64,000 nt of DNA from NCBI GenBank assembly GCA_046563655.1, contig CM102290.1:11904001-11968000 (forward strand). Reading direction: 5' to 3'. Source of the DNA: Yuukianura sp. NJ FZ-2021. Lineage: Eukaryota. Position 1 is the first letter of the stretch. Each line of letters begins with the position of its first letter. The notes below the pieces were generated by a model. It saw only the letters and a program-made list of their open reading frames with translations, ran no database searches and was not told the DNA's origin. Shown here one piece after another: positions 41,763 to 56,978 of the stretch. The position numbers and the translations under genes were made by a program.

Positions 41763-44700
41763 ATGACTACTGAAGAGAAGTTTATCTTTGCCCTGCAGAA
41801 TGACCTAAAGACGCTGTCCTTGGAAACGAGGAAGAAGCATTCTCAGGTCAAAGATGCTTGTGAAGATGCAATATCCAAAATCAGAGGTGCTCAGCCAACA
41901 GTAAATTCGTTGCCCTACATTACCAATCAAGCTCTGTATCCTGTGATACATGGCTGCGAAACAAAGGAGCCAAAAGTTATCAAGGTCTGTTGAAAATTTA
42001 CGTGTACAGACATCCATATTCTGAAACTAAATCGTTCCGATTCTTTCTCTTATTTAGCTCTGTCTTCATTCCATACAACGTCTAATCACTGGTGGGTATG
42101 TGGACACCAAAGGGGCAAAAAGCATCTACGATACGGTCGTGCTTCTGCTGGAACAAGGACTGGAAGAAATCAAAATACTACAAACCGTTACCCTCCTGTT
42201 AACCACCAACAATGTTGTCACTGGTGACCTGTTGGCTAAAACCCTTGTACTCTGCTTCCGACTTCACTTTTCCAAAGATTTGACAACAGTTCATGCAGCG
42301 GGTGCTACTGTGCGTCAGTTAGTGTCTCTCGTCTTCGAACGAATTGACAAGGACAAACAAAATTCAGGTGCAAGTTGCAAGAAGATTTTGCAAAAATTAG
42401 CAATTTAGTGTCTTGTTCTTGAGTTTGAAGCTTGAATTCGTTTGTTGATCGTTTCAGGTCGAGATCTGACTGCCGAAACCAACGATGCGTATCTCCTGTT
42501 ACAAGTAAGACGTTAAAAACGTTTCTCTAGGAGAAGTTAATCAAGTTGTAATCGTTTCTCATGGAAATTGACAGGATTTAATTTTACTCGTCAATGGTGA
42601 ACAACCCTCTTGGCTGATCGGGATAACAGAGATGACGCGATCATTCGGACTAGAACTTCTTGAAACTATCCTCGCTCGATTCCCGTTTGTTTTCGAAAAG
42701 GTATTGTCTATTACATGCTACATAAACATGACGTCATTCAAATTCCAAGCTAATGTCAACTAACTTGATATTGTCTAATTGCAGAATGATCAGTTTGCAA
42801 TGGTCCTGAAGGAGAAGGTGTGCGCCATGGTTATCAAGCTGTTTTCACCAAATGCCAAGTTCAAAGTGACAGTCCAGCATTCTCAGTCACCAGCTCCCGA
42901 CGTTTTGTTAGACAAGCCCTTCTACCCTATCTCGGTCCGACTGCTACGAATCGTGGATATTCTTATCAACAAATACTACTCCCTACTGGTCACGGAATGT
43001 GAAATATTCCTTTCCCTGCTCGTTCGCTTCCTTGATCCTGACAAGCCAACATGGCAGCGATGCTTAGCACTGGAAGTCCTCCACAAACTGATCACCTCTC
43101 CCACCCACCTCTCCAAATTCTGCCGGTCGTATGATTTGAAACCACATGCTACCAACATTTGCAAGGTACGTAGACATGACTTATCGATATGAAAATTCAG
43201 GAAATTAAACTTTGAATTCTAAATTTTCTCAGGACATGATAAATGCACTTGGAGCCTACGTTCAGTCTGTGTTCGCAAATCCCATGGGGGCTATGTCCGC
43301 AGTTCTCCTCAACACGCCGGCACCAATTCCAACTTCGTCTTCATCTTCACATGCCACCTCCAGCTCCGGATCGTCTTCGTCCCCAACAGATTCTTCACCG
43401 ATAGGATTCTACTTCCGTGGAAGTTTTGTTCCGCTGATACAAATCTACCAGCCCCTCGTGCCGAAGCCTCAGTTGTAAGTAACTTAACAATAATCATACT
43501 TCCGAGTATCAAAAATCATTCGTAATGATCCAATTCCAGCAGTGGTTTTCAGCTTCTGAAGTGTGGAAACTGTTCACAGAAGTGAATTCGTTTGATTGAT
43601 TGATTTCGTTTCTTTTGACACGTTTAGAATGGAACTGACGGACAAAATGGAACCGCCTGCTTTTGCCACTTGTGAATCCTATGGTGTTGCAATTTCTTTT
43701 GCTTGTCTCTCCGACTTTGTCCTCAGTTTGGCCCAAATTGATCGCGAAGTTTATGGAAAAGAGGATGAGAGTAAGATACATTGTGATTTAGTGAATTTGA
43801 ACAATTTGTTTCATTTTATTCGGTTCTTGTTTTTTTTTAGAAGAAGAAGTTGTTCGCCAACTGCTTTCGTCAAGTTGGCCTGGGTTATTAGCTGCCTTGA
43901 ATCTATTACTCGAAGCTAGGTGAGAGTCAATATCTAAATCAAAGTTGTTAATTTCACAAAGTACTTTTTCTTATTTTGCGTTTTTATTTTATGTATTTCA
44001 GCATTGACGACAACATTACGGAATCTATTTGTGACAGATTAGTTGAAATGGCCACATTGAGTGGAAAGGTCGGATTGCAGCAATGCAGAGAAGCTACTGT
44101 TCTGTCATTGTGTGTAGCCACACTGCCACCACACTATGGTTATGCTGTTCTAAAGAACACGATTGGTAAGTATTGAATGTTTATATGCACTAACTAGTAC
44201 TAACTATCTTTTAAACTTTCTGTTCAGGTCATGGAGAAAGTCCCATTCCAATAAGTTATTCAGAAGTGGACAACATGAAGCAACAGGTTGTCGTTGTGGG
44301 CACAAGCGTCGTTCCTTCGCTTCATCTGCCATCGAGTGAGTGAATCATTACATAATACCATAGCTCCGCCCCTCACAAAGCTCAATGTAATACTGCACAG
44401 TATATTCGTGCTGCAGATAAACTCAATTTCATGCCATTTTTAAAATTTTGGCTTCAATGTGAGGATGTTTAAGTAATACGACTTATTTTGCATTGCTGAT
44501 TTTTGTTTTACTTTCCCCAGGTCTCCAATCTACTCCCGTGATGTTGACAAAGAAAAATCTTTTGGTGGTGCATTCCGTTTTGAGACTCTGTTTGGATTCA
44601 GGACCGATGTTACTTACATCCTGGTTGACCGTGTTGACGACACTTCAGCACCTCTGCTGGGTATGCAACATTGTGCCCAAGTCATCAACAGATTTCATAC

Positions 44701-47700
44701 AGAATACGACTGGGAAACTGAGTACTGAGGCCAAAGGGCAGCCAGGCTCAGGACCAACAACTTTCCTATCGCAAACGCCCAGTGACTACTCCGTAGGTCA
44801 AGGCTCTGCATCACTACCTCCCAATCCCAAGGCAGACATGAGCGAACTACTGTCTGTAACGGGGAAAATGAGCAGTACTTCGATTGCCTCTGGGTCCAAA
44901 TCCCTCAAAGGCACCAACGGCTCTGTGAGTACAAATATTGGCGTGATGGGCGTGGTTGTGGAGTTTGGAACTTGCTTATCACAAGGCGTGACCCGTCTGA
45001 TCGAGACGAGCGTATTGCTGGACGATGTGTCCCTGCATCATATCATTAATGCTTTGACAAACATGTCGCAAGAGGCTATGGAGATTGCGTATTTGAACAA
45101 GGTGAGAAAGACTAAATCAGTTATTGTGTGTTGTAAGGAAATGTGATTCTAATTGTTTTGAACTTGTACTTGACAGGAACCATCTCTGTTTGCTGTAGCT
45201 AAACTACTTGAAATTGGTCTAAGAAATCTAGACCGTGTGGAAATTTACTGGCGTCCACTGACAAGTCACCTACTGGAGGTAATTGTCGTTGATAATTACC
45301 ACGATTAGTGATGTATTGATTAAAGTGAGGAACTTTTTAGGTCTGCCGTCATCCACATATTCGCATGAGAGAATGGGGTTCAGAAGCGATTACGTTTTTG
45401 GTACGATCAGCTTTACTACATCAAGATACTGACGATGAAAAAGTGAGTCAGCTACTTCTGACCCCTCTCTGCGAACTGTCGTCTATTTTGCACAATGACG
45501 TTAGGAGTAAGCAATTGGCAGCATTGGGCCAAATACTGCACTGCAAAGGCGAGAAACTCAGAAGTTCATGGCCTCTAGCAATCAATATTCTGGGGGACAT
45601 TTATGATCATCATAGGTGAGAAATCTGCTAAACTTGCTAATCTTATTCAGAAAAATGGGAAGTTTAAAACTTAAACGCACTGATAACTTTTCTACTTTGT
45701 GTTCCAGCGAGGGCCTCATTCGCTCTGCGTTTCAGTGCCTCCAACTGGTGGTAACTGATTACTTGCCAGTACTTCCAGCAGGGTCACTTCCGCATTCAAT
45801 TGACACCGTGGCCAAGTTTGCAAGACAAAAACAAGAGCTGAACGTGGCGCTGAGTGCAATTGGATCAATGGTAATGTATGACGCTTTATGGGGTAACAAT
45901 GTTATGCAATGTTATAAACTTTTTTCTGTTTCTCAGTGGAATATTGCCGACTTTTTATACCAAAATCGGGCAAGAATTTTGGAAAATTTAACCCCAGACG
46001 TTTCCACATTTCCGGAATTTCCTGGAATTTCAGAGATCCCGCCCTACGACAAACTTTGGTTAGGAATATATCAGCGTCTGGGCGAGCTTTGTGTTGATGA
46101 GCGACCTGCTGTGAGGAAATCTGCTGGGCAAACTCTATTTTCAACTATTGCTGCACATTCCAATATTCTGAATCCCTTGTCATGGGATTGTGTCATGTGG
46201 CAGGTAAAAGTTTATTTTACTAACGAAGTTCAAACATCATAGGATTAGTTAGCATATTAACTCCATTCTTTTGTTTTGTAGGTACTTTTTCCGCTGCTAA
46301 AAGATGTGGAAGGTTCCTGGAAAAATGCAAGTTGTGAAAAAGTTGATAGCCAAAGTACACTACTAATTCATCACTCAAGAAACACCGAACAGAAGCAGTG
46401 GGCAGAGACGCAAGTGTTGGTGCTGAGCGGGATTGCCAAAATTTTTGCCATCAAGCGAGCGAACCTGCTTGAGATCCAAGATTTCACGAAAGCGTGGTAC
46501 CTCTTTCTCCAATTCGTTCAAAATGCAGCGTCCAGTTTTAACGACGAAGTTTCACTGGCTGCTTTGAAGTCGTTCCAGGAAGCTTTAGTGACACCATCAG
46601 AGCGGAATGCGGCCGGTAAATGCAAAACAGAGCTACGATAAGGAAATTCCTTGTACTTAATGTCTCGTTAACTTTGATTTTTCTTCCAGAACCAAGTGGG
46701 TTTTACGCAAGGTGCTGGTTGATTTATATCGAGATTGGTGAGCAAGTGATTTGTGTACGTGGAGCTCACCAGCAGTTTCTGACGGCCTATGTAAACATCT
46801 TGCAGAGCCTATTTTTGCCCATGAAACACAAGTACGAACAATTCTTTCTCATGTGATAATGTTGAATTCCTATGGTGTTATAATTTTGTGTTGTCTCACT
46901 TTAGGCTCACTGTCGAGGACATTGAAAAAGTTGGAGTGATTTTTGCCAAGTGTCTAGTAATTCCGTTGACATCTGAAGGAGCCTCGTCAGTAATTTTTGC
47001 TTCAAGTGACAGTGGCATGAGTCCTCTGCAAGACCAACTTACGCTCGCTTATGAGACAATCACTAAAGTATCAAAAAAACAAAAATTATAAGATTTTTCA
47101 TAAGTTGGAGCTAATTTGTAATTGGTGTTACTAATTCAGGAAACCAAAGATATTCCAGCCCTCCGAAAGCTGCTTTCACCCGTTGTCCTTCAACTGGTGA
47201 ATTTGGGGGCTTATGCTGTACAATGTAACTCCAGTAGCAAGGGAATTCCACTGGTAAAGTTTTAATTAACTAAAATAGGTTTAGTTTTTCTGAAATGTAA
47301 TTAAATTAACGCTTGATTGTTACAGGAAGGAGTAGTACCAAATTGTATGGAATTTGGAATCAAGTGCCTCAAGCAGTCCGTCTTAATCTTATCTTCCATT
47401 TGTCAAGAAAAATCCATTAATCGAAAGGAGTTGTTTCAAAAAATTTTGGAGGTAAGTTTCATTATAGCAAATCAATTGTGATTTTTTTTTCAAATGCTGA
47501 GTACGATAATTGATTATTGGTTTTATTTTTTTTTTACAGAGTTATGTTCCAATCCTAAGCTCTAGATTTGTTAACCCGGAAGGCGCTTGGCGTGACTCCG
47601 TACTCCAGTTTTTCCTATCCATTCCTCTGATGGTTGAACAGAAGCCAGAAGAGGGTGAATTTTGGATTAGACTGGGCAAATGTGCGCAGAGTTTCCTGTT

Positions 47701-48571
47701 TTGCACTGGCTCTGGAGAGTGGGTGGGAAACAAGGCCTGGAAAGACGAGAAACTGGACATTCGCATGGTAACGCTGCTCAAGGACTTGGTCTTTCGCCCT
47801 GACCTGACTCTGCCGAACCAGTTTTTGGTCGAAGTGGTCAAGATGTTCCACCGTGGGTCGTGTATAAATGACTATGGTAAGGACATTGTACTTTTTTTGA
47901 CATGTTTTATCCGTAGTGTGTCTCCAATGACTAACAATTTTGCAGATGGAATCAATGTCTCTGAACGGGAAGAGTTTGTTCGATACTGTTTTTCTTCGTT
48001 ACTGGAGTTTGTGTTACGCGGTCCAACAAATGTCTGTGAAATAATCGAAAATGAAACTGGAGACGACGGGAAAAAAGTTGCTGTACTGGCACTACTTCAA
48101 CGATTTCAGTCAATTTTGCTAAGTTTTAAGGACTACGTGGAACACAATTCCCATATCCCAGTTCAAAGGTTAGTTTGACTATAAGTTTGAGCTTAAGAAA
48201 TGAAAATTTTGAATTTGAATTTGATTATGATGAAGTTTGTTTTATTAGGCACAGGTTAGCGGAGATGAACTTCGTCCTCCGGTCAATCGGTTCTTTAGTT
48301 GAAAACCTCAAAACGGCTGACCCTGTGAGGGGTAAGAGCAAAATGACCTGGTACATGCCACAAAGTCATACCTTATTGACTGACATGTTGACATTCTTGT
48401 ACTTTCGCAGTGGCATCAGGGACATGGGATTGCATTGTGGGCTTGTATCCCGATCTCGTTGGAATCGTGAGTCTGGCTGGTGTAGATTCATCTCTGTCGA
48501 GTGCCCTCGCTGGAGCCCTTCTTTCGTATAAAGACCTGCTGGAGAAGCCAATTGCCTGCAGACGAAAGTGA
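41763..48571 (+). CDS. MON2: Protein MON2 homolog (endosome-Golgi trafficking, ARM/Sec7-like), about 20 exons
   Basis: [116 protein letters not shown]. Stop 48569-48571. Confidence 0.95.
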
Positions 48572-48934
48572 ATTTGCTAGCTTTGACCTTGACCTCAAGG
48601 ACGAAGAGTCGCGAATTCCTGGTTAATTGTGATGTTTGCTGTAAAGTGGCATAGGGACACTGTAACTTTCGTGCTAAGGCGCAAGGGTTTGACCTACTGC
48701 TGTTGTTAAATATTTTATATTAAATCAATCCTCCCTGAACCCATAAGTTATGTAATAATAGTTATGCGTATCCCTGGCCTGGACCTCCTCTTCTGACGAC
48801 TTTCTACTTTGGGAAAATATTAAAATTAACGGTGATTCTCGTTGACTGGGTAATACAAATCGAACGCCCACCGTGTACGCATTTTTATAAGGGAGTTTGC
48901 GTTTTTCAGAGAGTGGTGACTGCAAAAACTTGAT

Positions 48935-49062
48935 TTTGGAAGCATTTCTATAGAATACTTTAAACATTTCTATAAAATGCTTGCAAGGGTTTCTATAGAG
49001 TGCTTGTATGGCTTTCTATTGAATACTTGAAAGTATTTATATAGTGTACTTGCAAGCATTTT
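48935..49062. repeat. Degenerate ~23-bp minisatellite, about 5 copies
   Basis: Repeats of catttctatagaatacttg-like units. Confidence 0.7.
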
Positions 49063-50089
49063 GTGGATTACCTAAATGAACAACTGGAGCACACACCCTT
49101 AAGTTCTAATTCGAATGTTTGTAAAGTGTGATTGATTTGGATATTGAGAGGGATTAGCCGGAAGTAGATTCTTCTCCAATCAATCAGAAATTTAAAACAA
49201 TTTCGATTGAGATACTTGATTAATTCAAGTTGCAATGAAAAGTAACATGATACAATTAATTGAAAAGGACTAGTTTAGAGGGTGGGTGTTCTAAGAAGTG
49301 GCTCTGATTAGTGTGTGTGTGTAATCTTAATTGCATCTAATTCAATAGGAAATGGAAATGAATTGGATGTGGGTCACTCTATGTGTCCAAGGTCACTCAA
49401 ATCATCTTATTACAGAGACACTCGAAACAAAAGGAAGTGAAAGTGGACTTCCTTAGTTTTTGTTTTTCAATTAGTTTAGAAACAAGTCCACAATCAAGAT
49501 TTCAATTGTTTTGTATACAATAAGATCCTCATCTAGTTGTTCCCTTTGACAAGCATACTTAGTAACTCAAGTGGTCAGGCATTGTTGTAAGTCATTGACG
49601 TTTAAGGACTCCGCCTCCCTGAGACACAATGGAAGTGATGCAACACTTTCCTTGACTTTGACTTCCTTAATGTCATGGTCAGGGTCAAGGGTTAAGTCAT
49701 GCAGGCCTCAAAACCAGTTCAGAATTAAGGCAACCCCTCCCTTTGTAATCACTTTTGCACAGGTCAAATAATGTTGACCTTGGACGGAAACAAGCCTGTT
49801 TATGTTACTACCTTTTTTGTTGTTTTTCATGTTGTACTTTTAATTTTAATTTTTATGATTTATGATTTATTTTGTTTCTTGCAGCACCACTGTGAAATGG
49901 ATTGTGACACTGCAGGAGTTAAAGTTTAACTGCTGAAGGTTAAAGCATTAATTGGTCATCGTGCTGAAATGTTTCATGTCCTGTGGGGTCCAGTTCCTGG
50001 ATTCCAAGAGTTATGGCATGTCGTGCGTCCAGTATCCTGTTCCTTGTCAAAACGTAGGAAAAGTCTATTGTCTTTGCAAACGAAGCTCT

Positions 50090-50310
50090 CAGCATCTTCG
50101 CAAAAAAAATGCTACTGCTAAAATAAGTGTAGCATTCTTGCCAAAAGAAAAAAAAAGATGCTGGTGCCAAAATAAGTGTAGCATTTTCGCAAAAAAAACT
50201 GTTGCAAAAATAACTGAGTATTTTTTCAAAAAAAGATGTGCTAAAATAAGTGTAGCAAGTTTGCAAAATGATGCTTGTGCAAAAGTAATTGTAACATTTT
50301 TGCAAAGTAA
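50090..50310. repeat. Degenerate ~40-50-bp minisatellite
   Basis: Recurring tgctaaaataagtgtagcatt…gcaaaa units. Confidence 0.75.
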
Positions 50311-50787
50311 ATGATGTAAAAATACTGCATTTAGTATATTTGGAGTATTTTTATTCTTACGAAATCTCGCTAACAAAGTGGAATTGGTATAAGATAGTAT
50401 TTTTTTGCCAACTGGACTCCCTCCCACACGTTAATTATCGATTAATTGTTAATCCCTAAGTGTAACAATTGAATGTTCGCTCCTCGTCTATCCTCCTCCT
50501 TTGATTCTGAGTCATTTGGTTACTAGTACTACAATCTAGTAGCAATTAGCTACTGCCAGATCAGAATCCCAAAAACCAGGAAATGAACCACCGACGCATG
50601 CGCACTGCATGACTCACCGCATCCATTTCCTCAACGCAGCTCCAGAAAACTATAAATTGAAGTCACTCTTGACTAAAAACTAATTCAAAACTTAGGAAAT
50701 TAGGTCAAGCGAGAAAGATATCCAAGTGTGTCCAAGAAGCAAATATTCAGTATCTCGATATCACTTTGTCGATAGCTCGATATCAAC

Positions 50788-51860
50788 ATGGGACGATTCC
50801 AGCATTATGGTAGCGATCCCATTACGGACCGACGCCTTGGATTTGTTCTCGGACTAATTTCTGTTCTGACCCAGAATTTATCAGTGGCTCAGATCCAAGT
50901 TCCAGGAATTGGAAGTGGATCGGCCCAGGTCAGTCCATATCAATTCAATCAGTATTCGTCGTCTCTTCCTGGACTGCAGTATGCTCAACAACAGTATCCA
51001 GCATTCCAGCACCAGCAGCACTCATTTCCCGGACTTTTTCAAAACTACCAAAATTCCGTCCTGGAGCAACCCACGTTCCAGCAACAGCAGTTGACATCTT
51101 ACTCGAACTTAAATTCTGGATTGGGGGCAAGGAGCCTAGTGACACCCCAGTTTCCAAGCAATACGCTCACGACACCGGTACGCGGTGGATTTTCACTGGG
51201 AAATGGATCATACATATTAGAGTGGGAGGTCAATGACCCCGTGATTACGTTTGTAGCAAAACGAAGAGGAATCGGGTTCGTCGGATTTGCAATTTCGCCT
51301 TCCGGAGGTATGTCCGGTGCGGATATTTTCATTGCCGGAGTAGGACCAACGGGAATGCCATTCGCAAGTGTAAGGACAGACTATAACACATTTTAATAAT
51401 AATGTTAATATAATATATATATAATTTTATATTATAAATTATTATAATTTCATATAATATATTTATAATATAATTTGTAATCGTGCAGGATTACCATCAT
51501 GAGTACCAACCCGGTGGTATCGGATCGGCAATTCCCGATGCATCGAACGACTACCAAGCTCTGGACATCTCTGAAGCCGGGGGCTACACGAGCGTCAAGT
51601 TCCAAAGACTCCTGGACACTGGCGATGCCAAGGATGATCATGCTATTGAGGTTCGTACTAAATCAATTAACTTAATTACTGAATTATGACACGATTTAAC
51701 ATACTACTGGAAATTTTAGAACCGGGAACAGAATATCCTGTGGAGTATTGGACCGCCGTCAAGAACTTTGGAGTACCATGGACCAGGAAACCGCGGTGTT
51801 GTTCGCATCAATCTCTTGAACCCACCACAAAAATTCAGACTCCAGAAGCCACTTTCTTAA
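50788..51860 (+). CDS. Stand-alone DOMON-domain protein (DBH/MOXD1-type DOMON) with N-terminal hydrophobic segment and Gln-rich linker (3 exons)
   Basis: YILEWEV…ITF…GFVGFAISPSGGMSGADIFIAGV | D…PDASNDY…TSVKFQRLLDTGD..DDHAI | ILWSIG…EYHGPGNRG…INLL. Stop 51858-51860. Confidence 0.85.
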
Positions 51861-52121
51861 AAACGAAGTGGCAAACGGAACCAACCGTTGACGCGTGATC
51901 TCTGGATTTAAGTTAAACAGGAAACTAACAAAACGCTAATCTAAAACTAATCTTTAAAGAAATGTACAAGTTGTTATAAGACGGGACATTACGAAAGGAA
52001 TAAATGAAAATGGAAGATAAATCGAGAAATTGAAGGAAATTAAACCAAAACGGGCATACTTCTTTATTCCATAGAAATTTCTTACTCCAGAGGGTTAAGA
52101 AACATAAAACGATGTCTGGAT

Positions 52122-53304
<1,183 letters not shown>

Positions 53305-54259
53305 TGTTTGAAGAGTCTGTTTAGAAAATCGTGAAACGAATTACAAATTAATCCAAAGTTTAGAACCAATTCAGACTTGACTAACGTTGGCTAATGTAGG
53401 CAAGTGAGGAGGGGAGATCCAATATGGATGGTTTCTCACTGTCGGCTCAATCCACAGTGAATGAGCTCCTCGTGCTCCTTGCTCTAAAAGCCACCAACCC
53501 ACCCTCCACCACGCATCGGCACCCCACACAAATTAAAAATCAAATGCAACAATCCTTTCCGCATTAAAAAGTAATAAATTAGTTTAAATTAATTAATTTT
53601 GTTGCTATTTAATTAATTAAAGTTATTTAGTTTTTAATCAACAAATTAATGGCTTTCGGAAGCTTGAGATGCCCCTCGTGGTACTGTTGTCACCCGAAAT
53701 GGGCAAAATTGAAATTCAAAACTTCAAAATTGTACTATTTTAAATTTTCCGCTTCTAGCGCGCAACGAGTCTCAAAAATCTTGTACGTTACAAAAATCGC
53801 AACTATTTTTCAGTTACAATTGAGAAGTTACACTTAACTTACAATTTCTTCGCATTTTTTTTTACAATTTACGAGTCGTAAATTACGACTTTTGCACTAC
53901 TATTTACGTATTTACGGGTTTTACTAAACTTCAAAAAATAAAATTATCCTTTAGCTTCATCTCATTCATTTTGTTAAAAAAAACTGGAACAATTATGCAC
54001 ACGTAAATATGCTTTGCAGTAAGATTGAATAATTTAATTGCACTAACTGATGAAACGTAAAGATGAAAATAGACAGAGTGAGCAGATAACAATTGCGTAG
54101 TCAGAACAAGACAGTCATAGTTTAATTTAATCTGTAGGTTTTGGGTAATGTCACAATGTGCTATATTCTGTAAAGCACAAATAAGTGTGTAGTGATGTTG
54201 AAATGTGAAAGTTGAATAATTTTCACTTAATAATAAACTTAATCCATTAGTATACGGCC

Positions 54260-55196
<937 letters not shown>

Positions 55197-55494
55197 TTAA
55201 TTTAAATCCTGGTGTCACTGTTCGTTGAGAAAGAGTTTGTAATTGACGAAGGGTAATTAACTAATTGTTGAATTTGTTGCCAATGTCTAGCCTCTCCTAC
55301 ACTCCTTGTAAATGACTCACAGTCTAACAACAACGGAAAGAATAGTCATTCCCCACTCAATTGGAGATTGGAAAAGGGAGGGTTGGGGGGATTGGGATAG
55401 GCGCAGGGGAACGAACTTAGGTAACCAAAAAACTTAAGGGGGAGGGTGCTCAATTCGGCATATCCGCTCAACTAAGGGTCGCGGTAAGGATTAA

Positions 55495-55703
55495 CGACCG
55501 TCATTGTAGCCGCACAGTGTAGCCGCTCCGCCATTTTTTGTGGCTACAATGAGTGGCTACACCTGAGCGGCAACTTAAGTAGCCACTTTAACCTAACCTA
55601 ACCTAACCTAAAGTGGCAACATGTGTTGCCATACAGTGTAGCCACCCATTGTAGCCACAAAAAATGGCGGAGCGGCTACAATGTGCGGCTACAATGACGG
55701 TCG
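55495..55703. mobile_element. Foldback MITE-like element with TTAA on both sides and an internal (CCTAA)4 tract
   Basis: TTAA at 55491-55494 and 55704-55707. About 65-bp inverted arms CGACCGTCATTGTAGCCGCAC… / …GTGCGGCTACAATGACGGTCG. CCTAA x4 at 55592-55611. Confidence 0.85.
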
Positions 55704-56978
55704 TTAAAGCTTACCTCAACCCAACTAAGCTAATCATTCCTGAAATACAAATTACAAAACTACTAAACCACTGTTTTGTAATCTTAAACTCACATTTTGC
55801 AATATGTGAAACAGTTCTAACCATTTACGGTTAACCAGCATCAACTTAAAATTCCTCACTAAAGTAAATTTTATGACACTACACAAATCCGGTTTGCAAA
55901 TACAGCATTTTTGAGCATTATTCGTTGAAATCTTGTAACAGTGTTGCTTGAAACTTTATTTTTTGTATACATTTACATTTGTTTCAATACGTAAAATTAA
56001 TTAAAGTTTAGAGAATTTGTATTAATCAAGTATTATAAGTATATTTTTATAAATCTGGCATGTATATTTTGCAAGTTTTGACGATTATTTTTGAGTTTTA
56101 TATAGCAAAATGATAACTTATCTCTGTGGACAAGTATAAATAACGTTAATTTTGACATTTCATTTGCAATTCATGGCAATTGCCATTACTTTTACTTTCA
56201 ATTGCGTGGGGGGTGTTTGAATGGACACGGGTGGGGGGCAAGGCGAGGCCTTTGCTTCACGCAACTCCGCCGCCCTATTCTCAATTTGCCCCATAAATCC
56301 AAACCGATTCTGTCTTTTTCGAAGAATTAAAGAAAAAAAAACTTTAACAAAAACCAGCGCAGATCACTCCATGCCCATTGCTGCTAAAACGCCTGTCAAT
56401 TGGTCCATTCTTCCCGTACATCTACATAATTTCCACAAATAAATTACCTAATTAGAATAATCATTTCCAATTTTAATTTGCGTAAAATTATATTTTCCAA
56501 TACTTGTACTTTTTCATGTAAAGTAAGTTCAGAAAATGAAATGGTTAATGACATATTTGTGATGGTTGGGGCGCCAAATTGTTTTCGGGGACGAGGCGCA
56601 TGCATTGCTTATCCAACGTCTGCCGGTTTGTTTTTCGCACGTTTTCTATTTCTTATTGTAGTTTTGTTTGTTTACATTAGTTCATTTTGAAATTTTTTAT
56701 CTATTTGTTGTAAAATTTATTACTTTTTTATTATCTAGTAATTGGTTAGGCCATTGACTACTATCCCAGGATCGTCGGCGGCTCAAATTGGAGCCGAGCA
56801 CGACTTGACCTGGCGTTAGCGTGGACGGGTTTTCAAGAAGCAGCTGATTGGTATGTAAATTTGATTTTGATTTTTACTTAGCCGAACTGAGTGCAATGTC
56901 TATTAAAAATGGACTTAGTAACATTTGGTAACGTCTTTCTTATCTTTGCAGTTTTGTGTTGAAGAGAACATCTCTGCA

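Noticed and set aside
49940..50427. Three overlapping ORFs of 112-121 aa
   Set aside because: They arise from the minisatellite; repetitive low-complexity translations
53392..53530. U17/snR30, U3 or telomerase RNA identity for the RpS5 intron element
   Set aside because: No m1 motif (ATATTCCTA) and AAACCAT is too far from ACA; no U3 C/D box set; no TTAGG template on the sense strand nearby
55592..55611. True telomere or chromosome-fusion scar
   Set aside because: Only four units, embedded in a TTAA-flanked foldback element in a gene-dense region
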